Shown here: piece after piece, positions 1 to 9,958 of the stretch | Layout of the letters: every line of letters starts with the position of its first letter | How positions within the stretch are numbered: the stretch's first letter is position 1 | Assembly (NCBI GenBank): GCA_009840445.1 | Contig: VXNS01000008.1 | Location: 2,715 to 66,714 of the forward strand | Origin: Synechococcus sp. SB0662_bin_14 | GTDB taxonomy: Bacteria; Cyanobacteriota; Cyanobacteriia; PCC-6307; Cyanobiaceae | Direction: 5' to 3' | DNA: 64,000 bases | The notes under the pieces: model-generated | What the model saw: the letters and a program-made list of their open reading frames with translations, nothing else | Database searches by the model: none | Told to the model about the DNA's origin: nothing | Position numbers and translations under genes: made by a program

Positions 1-1238
1 TCAAAACCCACCGTAGCAAAGGCCGAGATGCAGGTGAACAGGCTTTCCAGGAAGGTGAACTCCTGGCGCGAACCAACAGCGATCAGCAGCACCATGGTGC
101 TGATAAAGAGCAGTGAGCTCACCACCAGCGCTGCGGCTTGAACCACCAGCTTGGTATCAATGGTGCGGGAGAGAAGGACAACGTCTTCACGGCGCCGCAA
201 GGTGGAGGCCGTGGCGGCCAGGAGAATGGCCATGGTGGAGGTTTTCAAGCCTCCGCCGGTGCCGCCGGGGCTGGCGCCAATAAACATCAGCAGCATCAGC
301 AGCACCAGACTGGCGCCGGACACGTGGTCCAGGCCAAGGGGAACGGTTTGGAAGCCGGCGGTGCGGGCTGCGACCGATTGGAACAGGGCGCCCCAGAAGC
401 GCTCAGCGGCAGAAAGGTCCTGGAAGGACACCTGGGCGCTGTTGAGGCTTTCATACAACAGCAGGCCGAACCATCCCACCAGGATCAACAACAGGGACGA
501 GAGGAGGACCACCTTGGCTTGAAGATCCAGCCGTCGCCAACGCAACGGGAACCAATTCTTGCGATCCCAGAGTTGGGCATGGACCCGATAGCCCAGACCA
601 CCACTGATGATCAAGCCCATCATCACCAGTTGGGCGGGGATGTTGGAGGCAATGCCCTTCAGGCTGTCGCTCCAGAGGGAGAAGCCGGCGTTGTTGTAAG
701 CGCTGGCGGCGTGGAACAGGCAAAACCAGAGCCGTCGCAGCAGGGAGGTCTCCTCAGCGGCAAAGCCCAGCAGGAACAGCAGAAGGGCGCCGGCGCTCAT
801 CAATCCAAACGCCACCCCGGCGATGTGCCAGAACGTACGGCCCACACCGCCTACGCCAAACTGATCCAGGATCTTCTCGCCACTGTCCACCCGGCGCCTG
901 AGACGGGCCCCCTGCTGGACAAAGCCCTGCAGATAGATGGAGATGGCCATCAAGCCCAAACCACCGACGAGAATCAGCGCCATCAGAGTCAGTTGACCCA
1001 AGCCCGTCAGGTCGCGGCCGGGGTCGATGATGGACAGCCCCGTGACGGTGACAGCGGACGTGGCGGTGAACAGGGCCTGCCAGTAGGACACGGGCTGGCC
1101 GTGGGACCACGGCATCCAGAGCAGGACACTGCCCACCACAATCACCAGAAGCCCACAGAGGGCCGTGAACTGGGGCACCGTCAAACGGGACAGGGCGTCC
1201 CTTTGCTGAACGGCCCAGAGGGGCAACCTGGCGCCCAT
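1..1238 (-). CDS. TrkH/KtrB family potassium uptake permease (3' end runs off the window)
   Basis: Manual translation from ATG 1238: ...SYWQALFTATSAVTVTGLS...; at the window edge ...FLESLFTCISAFATVGF. These are Trk pore-loop motifs. Not in the ORF track because the stop lies outside the window. Confidence 0.9.
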   Translation of the reverse strand, partial: MGARLPLWAVQQRDALSRLTVPQFTALCGLLVIVVGSVLLWMPWSHGQPVSYWQALFTATSAVTVTGLSIIDPGRDLTGLGQLTLMALILVGGLGLMAISIYLQGFVQQGARLRRRVDSGEKILDQFGVGGVGRTFWHIAGVAFGLMSAGALLLFLLGFAAEETSLLRRLWFCLFHAASAYNNAGFSLWSDSLKGIASNIPAQLVMMGLIISGGLGYRVHAQLWDRKNWFPLRWRRLDLQAKVVLLSSLLLILVGWFGLLLYESLNSAQVSFQDLSAAERFWGALFQSVAARTAGFQTVPLGLDHVSGASLVLLMLLMFIGASPGGTGGGLKTSTMAILLAATASTLRRREDVVLLSRTIDTKLVVQAAALVVSSLLFISTMVLLIAVGSRQEFTFLESLFTCISAFATVGF

Positions 1239-1248
1239 GGGCGAATGT

Positions 1249-1884
1249 CTACTTGTTGGGCTGGGGTGTCATGCGCAGGTAGGGCTTGATCTCCGTCACC
1301 CCCTTGCTGAACTTCACCTTGGCGTCCGCCGTGGAAATGGCGGGCACCACAACACAGTCGTCACCATCCTTCCAGTTCACCGGCGTGGCCACGGAGTGGT
1401 TGTCCGTAAGCTGGAGGGAGTCGATCACCCGGAGAATCTCGTCGAAGTTGCGGCCCGTGGAGGCGGGGTACGTAATCTGCAGGCGCAGCTTCTTGGCGGG
1501 ATCAACGATAAAGACGGAGCGCACCGTCAGGCTGTTGGAGGCGTTGGGGTGAATCATGCCGTAGAGGTCGCTCACCTTCTTGTCCTCGTCCGCAAGGATG
1601 GGGTAATCAACTGCGGCGCTCTGGGTCTCGTTGATGTCGCCGATCCATCCCGTGTGGCTTGTGGCCGAGTCCACGCTCAGGGCAATGGTCTTGACGTTGC
1701 GCTTGTCCCACTCGGCCCGCAGCTTGGCCACCTCCCCCAGCTCCGTGGTGCAAACAGGGGTGTAGTCCGCAGGATGGGAAAACAGGACCACCCAACTGTC
1801 ACCAGCGAAGTCGTAGAGGTTGATGGGACCCAGTTGAGAATTCTGGGTAAAGTCGGGAACGGTGTCGCCAAGCTGGAGAGCCAT
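1249..1884 (-). CDS. 1-Cys peroxiredoxin (Prx6 family)
   Basis: FSHPADYTPVCTTELG motif; start MALQLGDTVPDF at ATG 1884. Confidence 0.95.
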   Translation of the reverse strand: MALQLGDTVPDFTQNSQLGPINLYDFAGDSWVVLFSHPADYTPVCTTELGEVAKLRAEWDKRNVKTIALSVDSATSHTGWIGDINETQSAAVDYPILADEDKKVSDLYGMIHPNASNSLTVRSVFIVDPAKKLRLQITYPASTGRNFDEILRVIDSLQLTDNHSVATPVNWKDGDDCVVVPAISTADAKVKFSKGVTEIKPYLRMTPQPNK

Positions 1885-2146
1885 GGAAGAAACGCGGATT
1901 ACTCGGTAGTCCCTTTTACACTCTGCACCCGTCCCGTGGCAAGCCGGGGGCCAGGTTCTCCAGAATTTCTTTCTGTCCCCTTGGGGAGAGGGCATCCCTT
2001 GATTCAGCTTTTTGCCGTCCCGCCTCTGGTCCGATTTATATCAACAACGGGTTTCATCCGTGCCCCAGGTGAACCTTCATAACCGGCGGCGCTGGATCTC
2101 AAAACCTTCCCTGTAGCCTTGGGCACCATTGTCAATTTTCCGCCCC

Positions 2147-2872
2147 ATGGCTATTGCCCTGGCCGCACTGCTCAAGGAAGGGACCAAGAAGTCCCACACC
2201 ATGGCCGAGAACACCGGCTTTGTAAGCTGCTTCCTCAAGGGGGTGGTGGAAAAGGCCAGCTACCGCAAGCTGGTGAGTGATCTCTACTTCGTCTACGGGG
2301 CCATGGAGGAGGAGATGGCCAAGCTCAAGAACCATCCCGTAGTGGGTCCCATCGTGTTTGACGAGCTGAACCGCAAACAAAGCCTGGCCAAGGATCTGAC
2401 CTACTACTACGGCGACACTTGGGCCAGCCAGGTGCAGCCCTCGGGATCGGCCAAGACCTATGTAGAGCGCATCCATCAGGTGGCCTCCCAGGAGCCGGAA
2501 CTGCTGGTGGCCCATGCCTACACCCGCTACATGGGGGATCTCTCCGGTGGGCAGATTCTCAAGACCATCGCCCAGAAGGCCCTGAACCTGGGGGACCGGG
2601 ACGGGGTCAACTTCTACAACTTCGACGCCATTGCCGACGAGAAGGCGTTCAAGGTCATGTATCGGGCCAGGATGGACAGCCTGCCCATTGACCAGGCCAC
2701 GGCAGAGCGCATCGTGGAGGAGGCCAACCATGCCTTCGGCCTCAACATGCACGTGTTCAAGGAGTTGGAAGGCAATTTGGTTCTGGCCATCGGCAAGACC
2801 CTCTTCGGCTTCCTCACCCGCCGCCAGCGGGCCGGCAGCACGGAAGGAGGGGCCACCGCCACGGCGGCTTGA
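2147..2872 (+). CDS. ho1: Heme oxygenase (biliverdin-producing)
   Basis: LKEGTKKSHTMAENTGF and AHAYTRYMGDLSGGQIL motifs. Confidence 0.95.
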   Translation: MAIALAALLKEGTKKSHTMAENTGFVSCFLKGVVEKASYRKLVSDLYFVYGAMEEEMAKLKNHPVVGPIVFDELNRKQSLAKDLTYYYGDTWASQVQPSGSAKTYVERIHQVASQEPELLVAHAYTRYMGDLSGGQILKTIAQKALNLGDRDGVNFYNFDAIADEKAFKVMYRARMDSLPIDQATAERIVEEANHAFGLNMHVFKELEGNLVLAIGKTLFGFLTRRQRAGSTEGGATATAA

Positions 2873-3894
2873 GGGTCCGCACCTTGCGGGATGCGCCCCT
2901 ACGCCCCCTCAAGGTGCTCCTGCCCGGCACGGGGCCGCGGTTCCAGTGCGGTGGCCTGGCGGTGGAGTTGCAGTTGGCGGCCACCGCCCGGACACTGGTA
3001 ACCACCCAGGTTGTTACCTATGGGCAGCGACAGGGGGATGCCCCCTTTCTGGACGACCTGCTGCGACAGGAACCGGCCAGCATCCAGCGGCAGGCTTCCC
3101 TTTGGCTGGTGAGCTGGGGTTTTCACGTGCCCCGGTTGCTGGGGCGTCTGCGGGGTCGCGCCGTTGCCTATCACGCCCACAGCAGCGGCTACGGCTTTCA
3201 GTTGCCGCCGGGCGTGCCCGTGCTGGCGGTGAGTCGCCACACCATGGCCTACTGGGGAGCACAGGCGCCGCACAATCCCCTGTTCCTGCTCCCCAATGCC
3301 CTGGGCCCAGCCTTTTGCAATCGTGGCGTCGCCCGGGATCTGGATGTGCTGGTGCAGCGCCGCAAGACCAGCGCCTACGTGCTCCACACCCTGGTGCCGG
3401 CCCTGCGGGCGCGGGGATTGCGGGTCCATGTGCAAGAGGGCTGGGTGGACCGCCTGGAGGGCCTGTTCAACCGCAGCAAGGTCTACCTCTACGACTCCGC
3501 CGACCACTGGAACCGGGCCGGGGTGAGCGAGGGCTTCGGCCTGCCCCCCCTGGAGGCACTGGCCTGTGGCTGTGTGGTGTTCTCCAGCTTGAACCACGCC
3601 TTGGCGGACCATTTCACCCCTGGGGTCAACTGCTTCCAGATTGGTGCGGGCACACTGGCGACGGACGTGGAGCGCATCTGGTCCGTCTGCCGCATGGAGA
3701 CGCCACCCACTCCCGCCGCCGCTCCAGCCTCGGCACCGCGGGGCAACCACCAGCACCACCAGCTTGGACAGGTGCTGCAAGAGGTGAACGCCCATTGGGA
3801 CCGCCTCGCAGCCGGGGATCAACCCCTACGCTCCACCCCCAATCCCTGGCCCCTGGCCGTCCGCTGCAAACGCTGGCTACGGCGCTGGCGCTGA
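2869..3894 (+). CDS. Glycosyltransferase (GT-B fold, GT4-like)
   Basis: EGFGLPPLEALACGCVVF donor-binding motif. Confidence 0.8.
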   Translation: MRVRTLRDAPLRPLKVLLPGTGPRFQCGGLAVELQLAATARTLVTTQVVTYGQRQGDAPFLDDLLRQEPASIQRQASLWLVSWGFHVPRLLGRLRGRAVAYHAHSSGYGFQLPPGVPVLAVSRHTMAYWGAQAPHNPLFLLPNALGPAFCNRGVARDLDVLVQRRKTSAYVLHTLVPALRARGLRVHVQEGWVDRLEGLFNRSKVYLYDSADHWNRAGVSEGFGLPPLEALACGCVVFSSLNHALADHFTPGVNCFQIGAGTLATDVERIWSVCRMETPPTPAAAPASAPRGNHQHHQLGQVLQEVNAHWDRLAAGDQPLRSTPNPWPLAVRCKRWLRRWR

Positions 3895-3933
3895 GCCCCA
3901 GGACCCCATACTGTCAACATCCCCAGGAACAGG

Positions 3934-6315
3934 ATGACCATCCTGGATCATCTCAACAGCAGCCAACAGCAGGCCACGGCCCACCACTGCGGTCCTCTGC
4001 TGGTGGTGGCGGGTGCCGGCAGCGGCAAAACCCGGGTGCTCACCCACCGCATTGCCCACCTGCTGGGTCGCCATGGGGTGGACCCGGAGGCGATCCTGGC
4101 GGTCACCTTCACCAACAAGGCGGCACGGGAGATGAAGGAGCGCCTGGAACTGCTGCTGGCCCAGCAGCAGGCCCTGGACAGCCATGGTCAGCCATGGAGC
4201 ACCCTGCCGGAGCCGCAACAACGGCAACTGCGCAGCCGCATCTACCACGAAGTGACCAAATCCCTCTGGATTGGCACTTTCCATGCCCTCTTCGCCCGGC
4301 TCCTGCGCCTGGAAATGGACAACTACCGGGACCCGGAGGGCTTCGCCTGGACCCGGCAGTTCACCATCTACGACGAGCAGGACGTGCGCAGCCTGTTGAA
4401 GGAAGTGGTCACCCAGGAGATGAACCTGGACCCCCGCTCCTTTGATCCCAAGCAGGTGCGCTGGGCCATCAGCAGGGCCAAGAACAACGGCCTCCTGCCC
4501 GATGCCTATGCCGCAGCCCACCAGGGCCACCGGGGCAGGAAAATGACCGAGGTCTACCGTTGCTATCGCCGCGCCCTGGCCGCCAACAACGCCCTGGACT
4601 TTGACGATCTACTGCTGATCCCCGTGCAGTTGCTGAGGGACGACAGCCAGGTGCGGCAGCGTTGGCACCAACGGTTCCAGCATCTGCTGGTGGATGAATA
4701 TCAAGACACCAACCGCACCCAATACGAACTCTTGCGGCTACTGGCCACCAACGGCGCCGATCCCCACACCTACGGGCCATGGCAAGACCGGTCCCTTTTT
4801 GTTGTCGGGGACGCCGATCAGAGCATTTACAGCTTTCGGGCGGCGGATTTCACCATCTTGATGGACTTCCAGAGGGATTTCGGGGACGGGCAGGGGGATG
4901 AACACACCCGCACCATGGTGAAGTTGGAGAAGAACTACCGCTCCACCGCCACCATCCTGGAGGCCGCCAACGGGTTGATTGCCCACAATCACGAGCGCAT
5001 CGACAAGGTGCTCCACCCCACCCGGGACCGGGGCCGCCCCATCCAGCTCAGTTGTTGTGACGACGAGTTGGCCGAGGCGGATGCCCTGGTGCAAACCATG
5101 GTGGCGGCCAGACGGAGGAATCCCGGCCTGCAGTGGGGGGACATGGCTGTCCTCTATCGGGTCAATGCCCAGTCCCGGGTTTTGGAGGAGGCCCTGGTGC
5201 GCGCCTCGGTGCCCTACACCGTTGTTGGTGGCCTGCGCTTCTATGACCGCCGGGAAATCAAGGACGCCCTGGCCTATCTGCGCCTCGTGCTCAATCCCGC
5301 CGATAACGTGAGTCTGTTGCGGGTCATCAACGTTCCCCGCCGCGGGATCGGCAAAACCACCCTCCAGCGCCTGACGGATGCCGCCACCCAGCTTGGGGTT
5401 CCCCTCTGGGAGATCATCTCCGAGCCGGAGTCTGTGCAGAGCCTGGCGGGGCGTTCCGCCAGGTCCGTGGCGCAATTTGCCACGTTGATCAACACTTTGC
5501 AGCAGGAGGTGGAGCACATGCCCCCAGCGGAAGTGATGCAACGGGTGATTGAAGACAGCGGCCTCATGGCCCAACTAAAGGCGGAGGGCACCGACGAGGC
5601 GGAGGAGCGTCTCCGTAACCTGGGGGAATTGGTGAATGCAGCACTGCAATACCAGGCGGAAACCGATACACCCGACCTCCGGGATTTCCTCACCTCCGCC
5701 GCCCTCGCCAGCGAGGACACGGACAAGGACAAAAGGGATCTGAAGACGGATCAGGTGGTGCTGATGACCTTTCACGCCAGCAAAGGGCTGGAGTTTCCCT
5801 TCGTGGCCCTGGTGGGTCTTGAGCAGGGATTGTTTCCCAATCACCGGGCCATGGAGGATCCAGCCGCCATGGAGGAGGAACGCCGCCTTTGCTACGTGGG
5901 GCTCACCCGGGCCAAGGACGAGCTGCACCTCTTCCATGCCCGGATGCGTCGGCTCTGGGGTGGGGGACGGGAACCCGCCCCGCCTTCCTGTTTCCTGGAG
6001 GAACTGCCGGAGCAGTTGGTGGAGATTCAACGTCCCCGCAGCAGTGGCGTGGCCCTGCGCCGCCAAGTGTACCCGGACAAGCTGCTGCGCAGTGATCGCC
6101 CCGCGGGCACACCGGAATCCCGTGACACCGCCGCCACCCGGACCGCCTGGCGCGCCGGAGACGTGCTGGAGCACGAGCACTTCGGGCAGGGACAGGTGAC
6201 CCATTGCTTCGGCGCAGGGACCAAGCTCTTCCTGGCGGTGAAATTCGGCAGGCAGTCCCCCAAGGTGCTGGATCCCCGCCTGGCTCCCATCCGCCGCATC
6301 AGCACCGCTGGCTGA
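3934..6315 (+). CDS. pcrA: UvrD/PcrA ATP-dependent DNA helicase
   Basis: AGAGSGKT, TFTNKAA, LVDEYQDTN, VGDADQSIYSFR and EERRLCYVGLTRAK motifs. Confidence 0.97.
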   Translation: MTILDHLNSSQQQATAHHCGPLLVVAGAGSGKTRVLTHRIAHLLGRHGVDPEAILAVTFTNKAAREMKERLELLLAQQQALDSHGQPWSTLPEPQQRQLRSRIYHEVTKSLWIGTFHALFARLLRLEMDNYRDPEGFAWTRQFTIYDEQDVRSLLKEVVTQEMNLDPRSFDPKQVRWAISRAKNNGLLPDAYAAAHQGHRGRKMTEVYRCYRRALAANNALDFDDLLLIPVQLLRDDSQVRQRWHQRFQHLLVDEYQDTNRTQYELLRLLATNGADPHTYGPWQDRSLFVVGDADQSIYSFRAADFTILMDFQRDFGDGQGDEHTRTMVKLEKNYRSTATILEAANGLIAHNHERIDKVLHPTRDRGRPIQLSCCDDELAEADALVQTMVAARRRNPGLQWGDMAVLYRVNAQSRVLEEALVRASVPYTVVGGLRFYDRREIKDALAYLRLVLNPADNVSLLRVINVPRRGIGKTTLQRLTDAATQLGVPLWEIISEPESVQSLAGRSARSVAQFATLINTLQQEVEHMPPAEVMQRVIEDSGLMAQLKAEGTDEAEERLRNLGELVNAALQYQAETDTPDLRDFLTSAALASEDTDKDKRDLKTDQVVLMTFHASKGLEFPFVALVGLEQGLFPNHRAMEDPAAMEEERRLCYVGLTRAKDELHLFHARMRRLWGGGREPAPPSCFLEELPEQLVEIQRPRSSGVALRRQVYPDKLLRSDRPAGTPESRDTAATRTAWRAGDVLEHEHFGQGQVTHCFGAGTKLFLAVKFGRQSPKVLDPRLAPIRRISTAG

Positions 6316-6318
6316 GGC

Positions 6319-7398
6319 GTGGCAGACACCACCGGCCGCCCCCCGAACCTGGCCCCTGAGCTTCAACACCTGCTGGGCCGGCAGACCAGCCAGGCCTTGA
6401 CCGCGCTCCTGGCCAGCCTCGCTGCCCAGCCCCTGGGGGTGTGGCTGGTGGGGGGGGTGGTGCGGGATCAACGGCTCCACCGTCACCGCGCAGGGGCCGG
6501 CGGCCAAGGCGGCAGGGTTCAGCCCATGGACGTGGATCTGCTGCTGGCGCCGGATCCCCGGGCGCCGGAACTGACCTTGCCTCAACTGGTGCCCCGCTGG
6601 GAGACGGCACTGTCGGCAGTGGGGTGGTCTCTCAGTGCCCAGGTGCATGGAGACTTCGGCACAGCCCACCTGACGCTAGAACCTGCCCAGGCCCGGCAAC
6701 CGCCCCATCCCGCGGACCGGAAGCTGCTGACCGTTGACGTGGCCATGGCCCGCACCGAGCACTACCCCGCACCTGGGGAGAATCCCCGTGTAACGCTCAC
6801 AGCGGCGCCCGATGCGGTCCTGGTGGACCTGCGCCGCCGGGACGTGTCCATCAATGCCATGGCCCTGCCATGGCCCCACGGCCCACTGCTGGATCCCCAC
6901 GGCGGCCAACAGGACCTGAAGCAGGGCCTGCTGCGCTTTCTCCATGGCGCCAGTCTCCATGACGACCCCACCCGGGTGATTCGCGCCGCCCGCTACGGCG
7001 CCCGTCTCCACATGGACCTGGCTCCTGAAGCGCGCCGCCAACTTCAGGACACCATGGCCCTCTGGCCATGGCGACGGGAGTCCCCCTGTCCGCCAGCCCT
7101 GGGGAGTCGCCTGGGTATGGAGCTGGCCTTGCTGCTCCAGCAGGAGCCATGGCGCCATGGCCTCACCCTCCTGCAACGCTGGGGCGCCCTGGACTTGGTG
7201 GATTGGTCGGGAACCCTGCAGCAGGACGCCACATGGCGCCGCCGACTGCATTGGGCGGGCCGCTGGAAGGTGCCCCTGCTGCCGGCCCTGTTGATGGGCG
7301 CCGCCGACCCCCTGGCCGTGGCTCAACGGTTGCAACTGCCCATGGCCCAGCAACGGCTCATGGCCCAGACCTTGGCGCTGCAGGATTGGCTGGGGTAG
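6319..7398 (+). CDS. tRNA nucleotidyltransferase (CCA/poly(A) polymerase family), apparently C-terminally shortened
   Basis: LVGGVVRD, DVDL, DLRRRDVSINAMA and DDPTRVIRAARY motifs. Confidence 0.85.
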   Translation: MADTTGRPPNLAPELQHLLGRQTSQALTALLASLAAQPLGVWLVGGVVRDQRLHRHRAGAGGQGGRVQPMDVDLLLAPDPRAPELTLPQLVPRWETALSAVGWSLSAQVHGDFGTAHLTLEPAQARQPPHPADRKLLTVDVAMARTEHYPAPGENPRVTLTAAPDAVLVDLRRRDVSINAMALPWPHGPLLDPHGGQQDLKQGLLRFLHGASLHDDPTRVIRAARYGARLHMDLAPEARRQLQDTMALWPWRRESPCPPALGSRLGMELALLLQQEPWRHGLTLLQRWGALDLVDWSGTLQQDATWRRRLHWAGRWKVPLLPALLMGAADPLAVAQRLQLPMAQQRLMAQTLALQDWLG

Positions 7399-7464
7399 TG
7401 CTTCCGATCAGGAAAGACTCTACTTATCAAAAAGACCTGAAATTATTAGACAGTCGTCCTCAAA

Positions 7465-7536
7465 AGCGGGTGACCGGACTCGAACCGGCGACGTTCAGCT
7501 TGGGAAGCTGACATTCTACCACTGAATTACACCCGC
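7465..7536 (-). tRNA. trnG: tRNA-Gly(CCC)
   Basis: Reverse complement GCGGGTGTAATTCAGTGGTAGAATGTCAGCTTCCCAAGCTGAACGTCGCCGGTTCGAGTCCGGTCACCCGCT folds as a cloverleaf with anticodon CCC; CCA is not encoded. Confidence 0.97.
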
Positions 7537-7545
7537 ACCTATGGC

Positions 7546-8694
7546 CTAAGGCCAGAGTTTAGCAGCGGCGGCGGCAACACCGGCGCCGGGCTTGATGTGG
7601 CCCTCCCCCAACTCCATGAGCACCGCTTCAAGCGCGGCAACGGCGGTGAGAACGTCCCGATCACAGACAAAACCCAGATGGCCCATGCGGACAATCTGGC
7701 CCTTCAGGTGATCCTGACCCCCTGCTAGAAGGATATCAAAGCGCTTCTTCATGTGCTGGCGGATGCGTTCGGCATCACCACCGGGGATCACGGCGGTGAT
7801 GGCGGGGCTGCCATGCCCTTCCTTGGCCAGCAGTTTCAGGCCCATGGCTTTGACGCCGGCCTGGGTGGCGGCCCGGTGGCGGTCATGGCGGGCAAAGACC
7901 GCCTCCAACCCTTCCCGCTCCAACATGGTCAGGGCGGCCTCCAGGGCAAACACCAGGTTCACGGCTGGGGTGAAGGGGGTGCTGTTGCCGGCGGCGGCCT
8001 TGCGGTAGCGGCCCAAATCCAGGTAGAACTTGGGCAGGTCGGAGCGTTCGTAAGCTTGCCAGGCCCGGGTGGACAGGCTGACGAAGGACAGGCCGGGGGG
8101 CATCATGTAGCCCTTCTGGGAGCCGGAGGCCACCACGTCCAACCCCCAACTGTCCATGGGCACCGCCGTGGCCCCCAGGCTGGTGACACAGTCCACGATG
8201 GTGAGGGCCTCCCCGTGGGCCTTCACGTGGGCGGCAATGGACTGCAAGTCGTTGAGCACTCCGGTGGAGGTTTCCGAGTGGGTGAGGATGACGGCCCGGA
8301 TGGTTTTGTCCACATCCGCCTCCAGGGCAGCGGCAAAGGCGGACGGATCCAGGGGCTGACCCCATGGCACCTGAACCACCTCCACCTGCAGGCCGTAGGC
8401 CCGCGCCAGCTTCACCCAACGCTCCCCGAACTTGCCGTTGTCGCCGCAGAGCACCCGATCCCCACGGCTGAGGGTGTTGATGATGCCCGCTTCCATGGCA
8501 GCGGTGCCACTGCCGGTGAGCAGCAGGACGGCATTGCGGGTCTGGTGGAGCCACTGCAATTGCTGTTGCACCCGCTCCAGGGTGGCGCTGAAGGCGCCGC
8601 TGCGGTGGCCGATGGGGTGACGGGCCATGACCTGCAGCACCCGTTCCGGAACCGGCGTGGGGCCGGGAATCATCAGGGTGAGCTTGTCCTCCAT
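7546..8694 (-). CDS. Class V aminotransferase (alanine-glyoxylate/serine-pyruvate type)
   Basis: LMIPGPTP, HSETSTG and GSQKGYM (PLP lysine) motifs. Confidence 0.93.
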   Translation of the reverse strand: MEDKLTLMIPGPTPVPERVLQVMARHPIGHRSGAFSATLERVQQQLQWLHQTRNAVLLLTGSGTAAMEAGIINTLSRGDRVLCGDNGKFGERWVKLARAYGLQVEVVQVPWGQPLDPSAFAAALEADVDKTIRAVILTHSETSTGVLNDLQSIAAHVKAHGEALTIVDCVTSLGATAVPMDSWGLDVVASGSQKGYMMPPGLSFVSLSTRAWQAYERSDLPKFYLDLGRYRKAAAGNSTPFTPAVNLVFALEAALTMLEREGLEAVFARHDRHRAATQAGVKAMGLKLLAKEGHGSPAITAVIPGGDAERIRQHMKKRFDILLAGGQDHLKGQIVRMGHLGFVCDRDVLTAVAALEAVLMELGEGHIKPGAGVAAAAAKLWP

Positions 8695-8794
8695 GGCGGC
8701 GGCAGACAGGACGGGAACAGCCAATCACTATAGGAACCGACTTCCCGCCGCCATTGGGATTGCTCTCAACCCGTTATTCGCAACAGCGCCCCCA

Positions 8795-9940
8795 GTGTCC
8801 AACGCCTCCGAAATCGTCAAGGGCTATAGCCTGCCGGTGTGGGTGACCGCCGTGGCCATGGCGGCCCTCCGCTGCCTGCGGGGTGAACCGTTTGTGTCCC
8901 CGGTGTCCGTGCAGTTGCCCCAGGAAAGCGGCCCCCACGGGCTGCCGGTGCAGCAGGCCGCGCCACTGGGAGCGGACACCGCCTTGGCCATGGGGCGCTG
9001 CCAGCCCGGCGACCACCTGGACCTGACCCGGGACCTGCCCATCTGGGTGCTGGCGGAACGGCTGCCCCGTGAGCGTGGTCATCCTGCCCTGCAACTGCTG
9101 CCTGGGGCGGGCGTCGGTGTTCACACCGAGAGCGGCAGGATCTGCGCCTCCAACTTTGCCCTGGACCTCCTGCACCGGAACCTGGAGCCCCTGGTGCCCG
9201 GCCAGGCAGCCGTGCGCCTCACCCTCGTTTTCCCCACCGGCGCCCGCCTGGCGGAGCGCACCAGCAACCGGGCCTTCGGGGTGGTGGATGGCCTGGCCCT
9301 GTTGGGCATGGGCGCCCGGGTGCAGCCGTCGGCAGCCCCGGACCAGTTGGCCGCCGCCCGGCAACGGCTGGCCAACGTTGTGGAAGCGCGCCCCCATGAT
9401 CCCGTGGTGCTGGTGCTGGGCGCCAACGGCTGGGATCTGGCCCGCCGCCATGGCCTGCCCGAGGCGGCCATGGTGAAGGTGGGCAACTGGATCGGTCCCC
9501 TGTTGGTGGAGGCGGCGGAGCGGCGGTGCCACCAGGTGTTGCTCTGGGGGTACCACGGCAAACTGCTGAAGCTGGCCGGCGGCATCTTCCACACCCACCA
9601 CCACGTGGCCGATGGCCGCGCTGCCGTGCTCACCGCCTTCGCCGCTTTGGAAGGTGTTACGGGTTCGAAGCTGGAGCAGTTGTACAGGGCGCCCACCGTG
9701 GAGGCCGCCCTGAACCAGCTTCGCCACCACGATCCGGGCCTGTCCAGCCGCCTTGAGGCGCGCCTCCTGGCGGAAGTGGAACAGCAGGCCCGGGCCTACG
9801 TGGCCCGCCATGGGGAGCACGTGCCGGAGGTGGGGGTTGTGGTCTTTGACGGCCACCGTCAGGTGCGGGGCACCGGCCCCCACGGCCGGTGTTTGCTCAA
9901 CATGGTGCAACCACCCGACCTTGTGGGAATCCTGCCTTAG
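8795..9940 (+). CDS. cbiD: Cobalt-precorrin-5B C1-methyltransferase
   Basis: GYSLPVWVTA, DHLDLTRDL, RTSNRAFGVVDGLALLG and GYHGKLLKLAGGIFHTHHH motifs; start (GTG 8795) is uncertain. Confidence 0.92.
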   Translation: MSNASEIVKGYSLPVWVTAVAMAALRCLRGEPFVSPVSVQLPQESGPHGLPVQQAAPLGADTALAMGRCQPGDHLDLTRDLPIWVLAERLPRERGHPALQLLPGAGVGVHTESGRICASNFALDLLHRNLEPLVPGQAAVRLTLVFPTGARLAERTSNRAFGVVDGLALLGMGARVQPSAAPDQLAAARQRLANVVEARPHDPVVLVLGANGWDLARRHGLPEAAMVKVGNWIGPLLVEAAERRCHQVLLWGYHGKLLKLAGGIFHTHHHVADGRAAVLTAFAALEGVTGSKLEQLYRAPTVEAALNQLRHHDPGLSSRLEARLLAEVEQQARAYVARHGEHVPEVGVVVFDGHRQVRGTGPHGRCLLNMVQPPDLVGILP

Positions 9941-9958
9941 TGTGAGTTCACGTCGACC

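Noticed and set aside
138-1289. 383-aa + strand ORF
   Set aside because: Antisense shadow of the TrkH-family gene; the minus frame has the transporter motifs.
2631-4445. 604-aa Pro/Ala/Arg-rich ORF
   Set aside because: Alternative frame over ho1, the glycosyltransferase and pcrA; low-complexity composition typical of off-frame GC-rich DNA.
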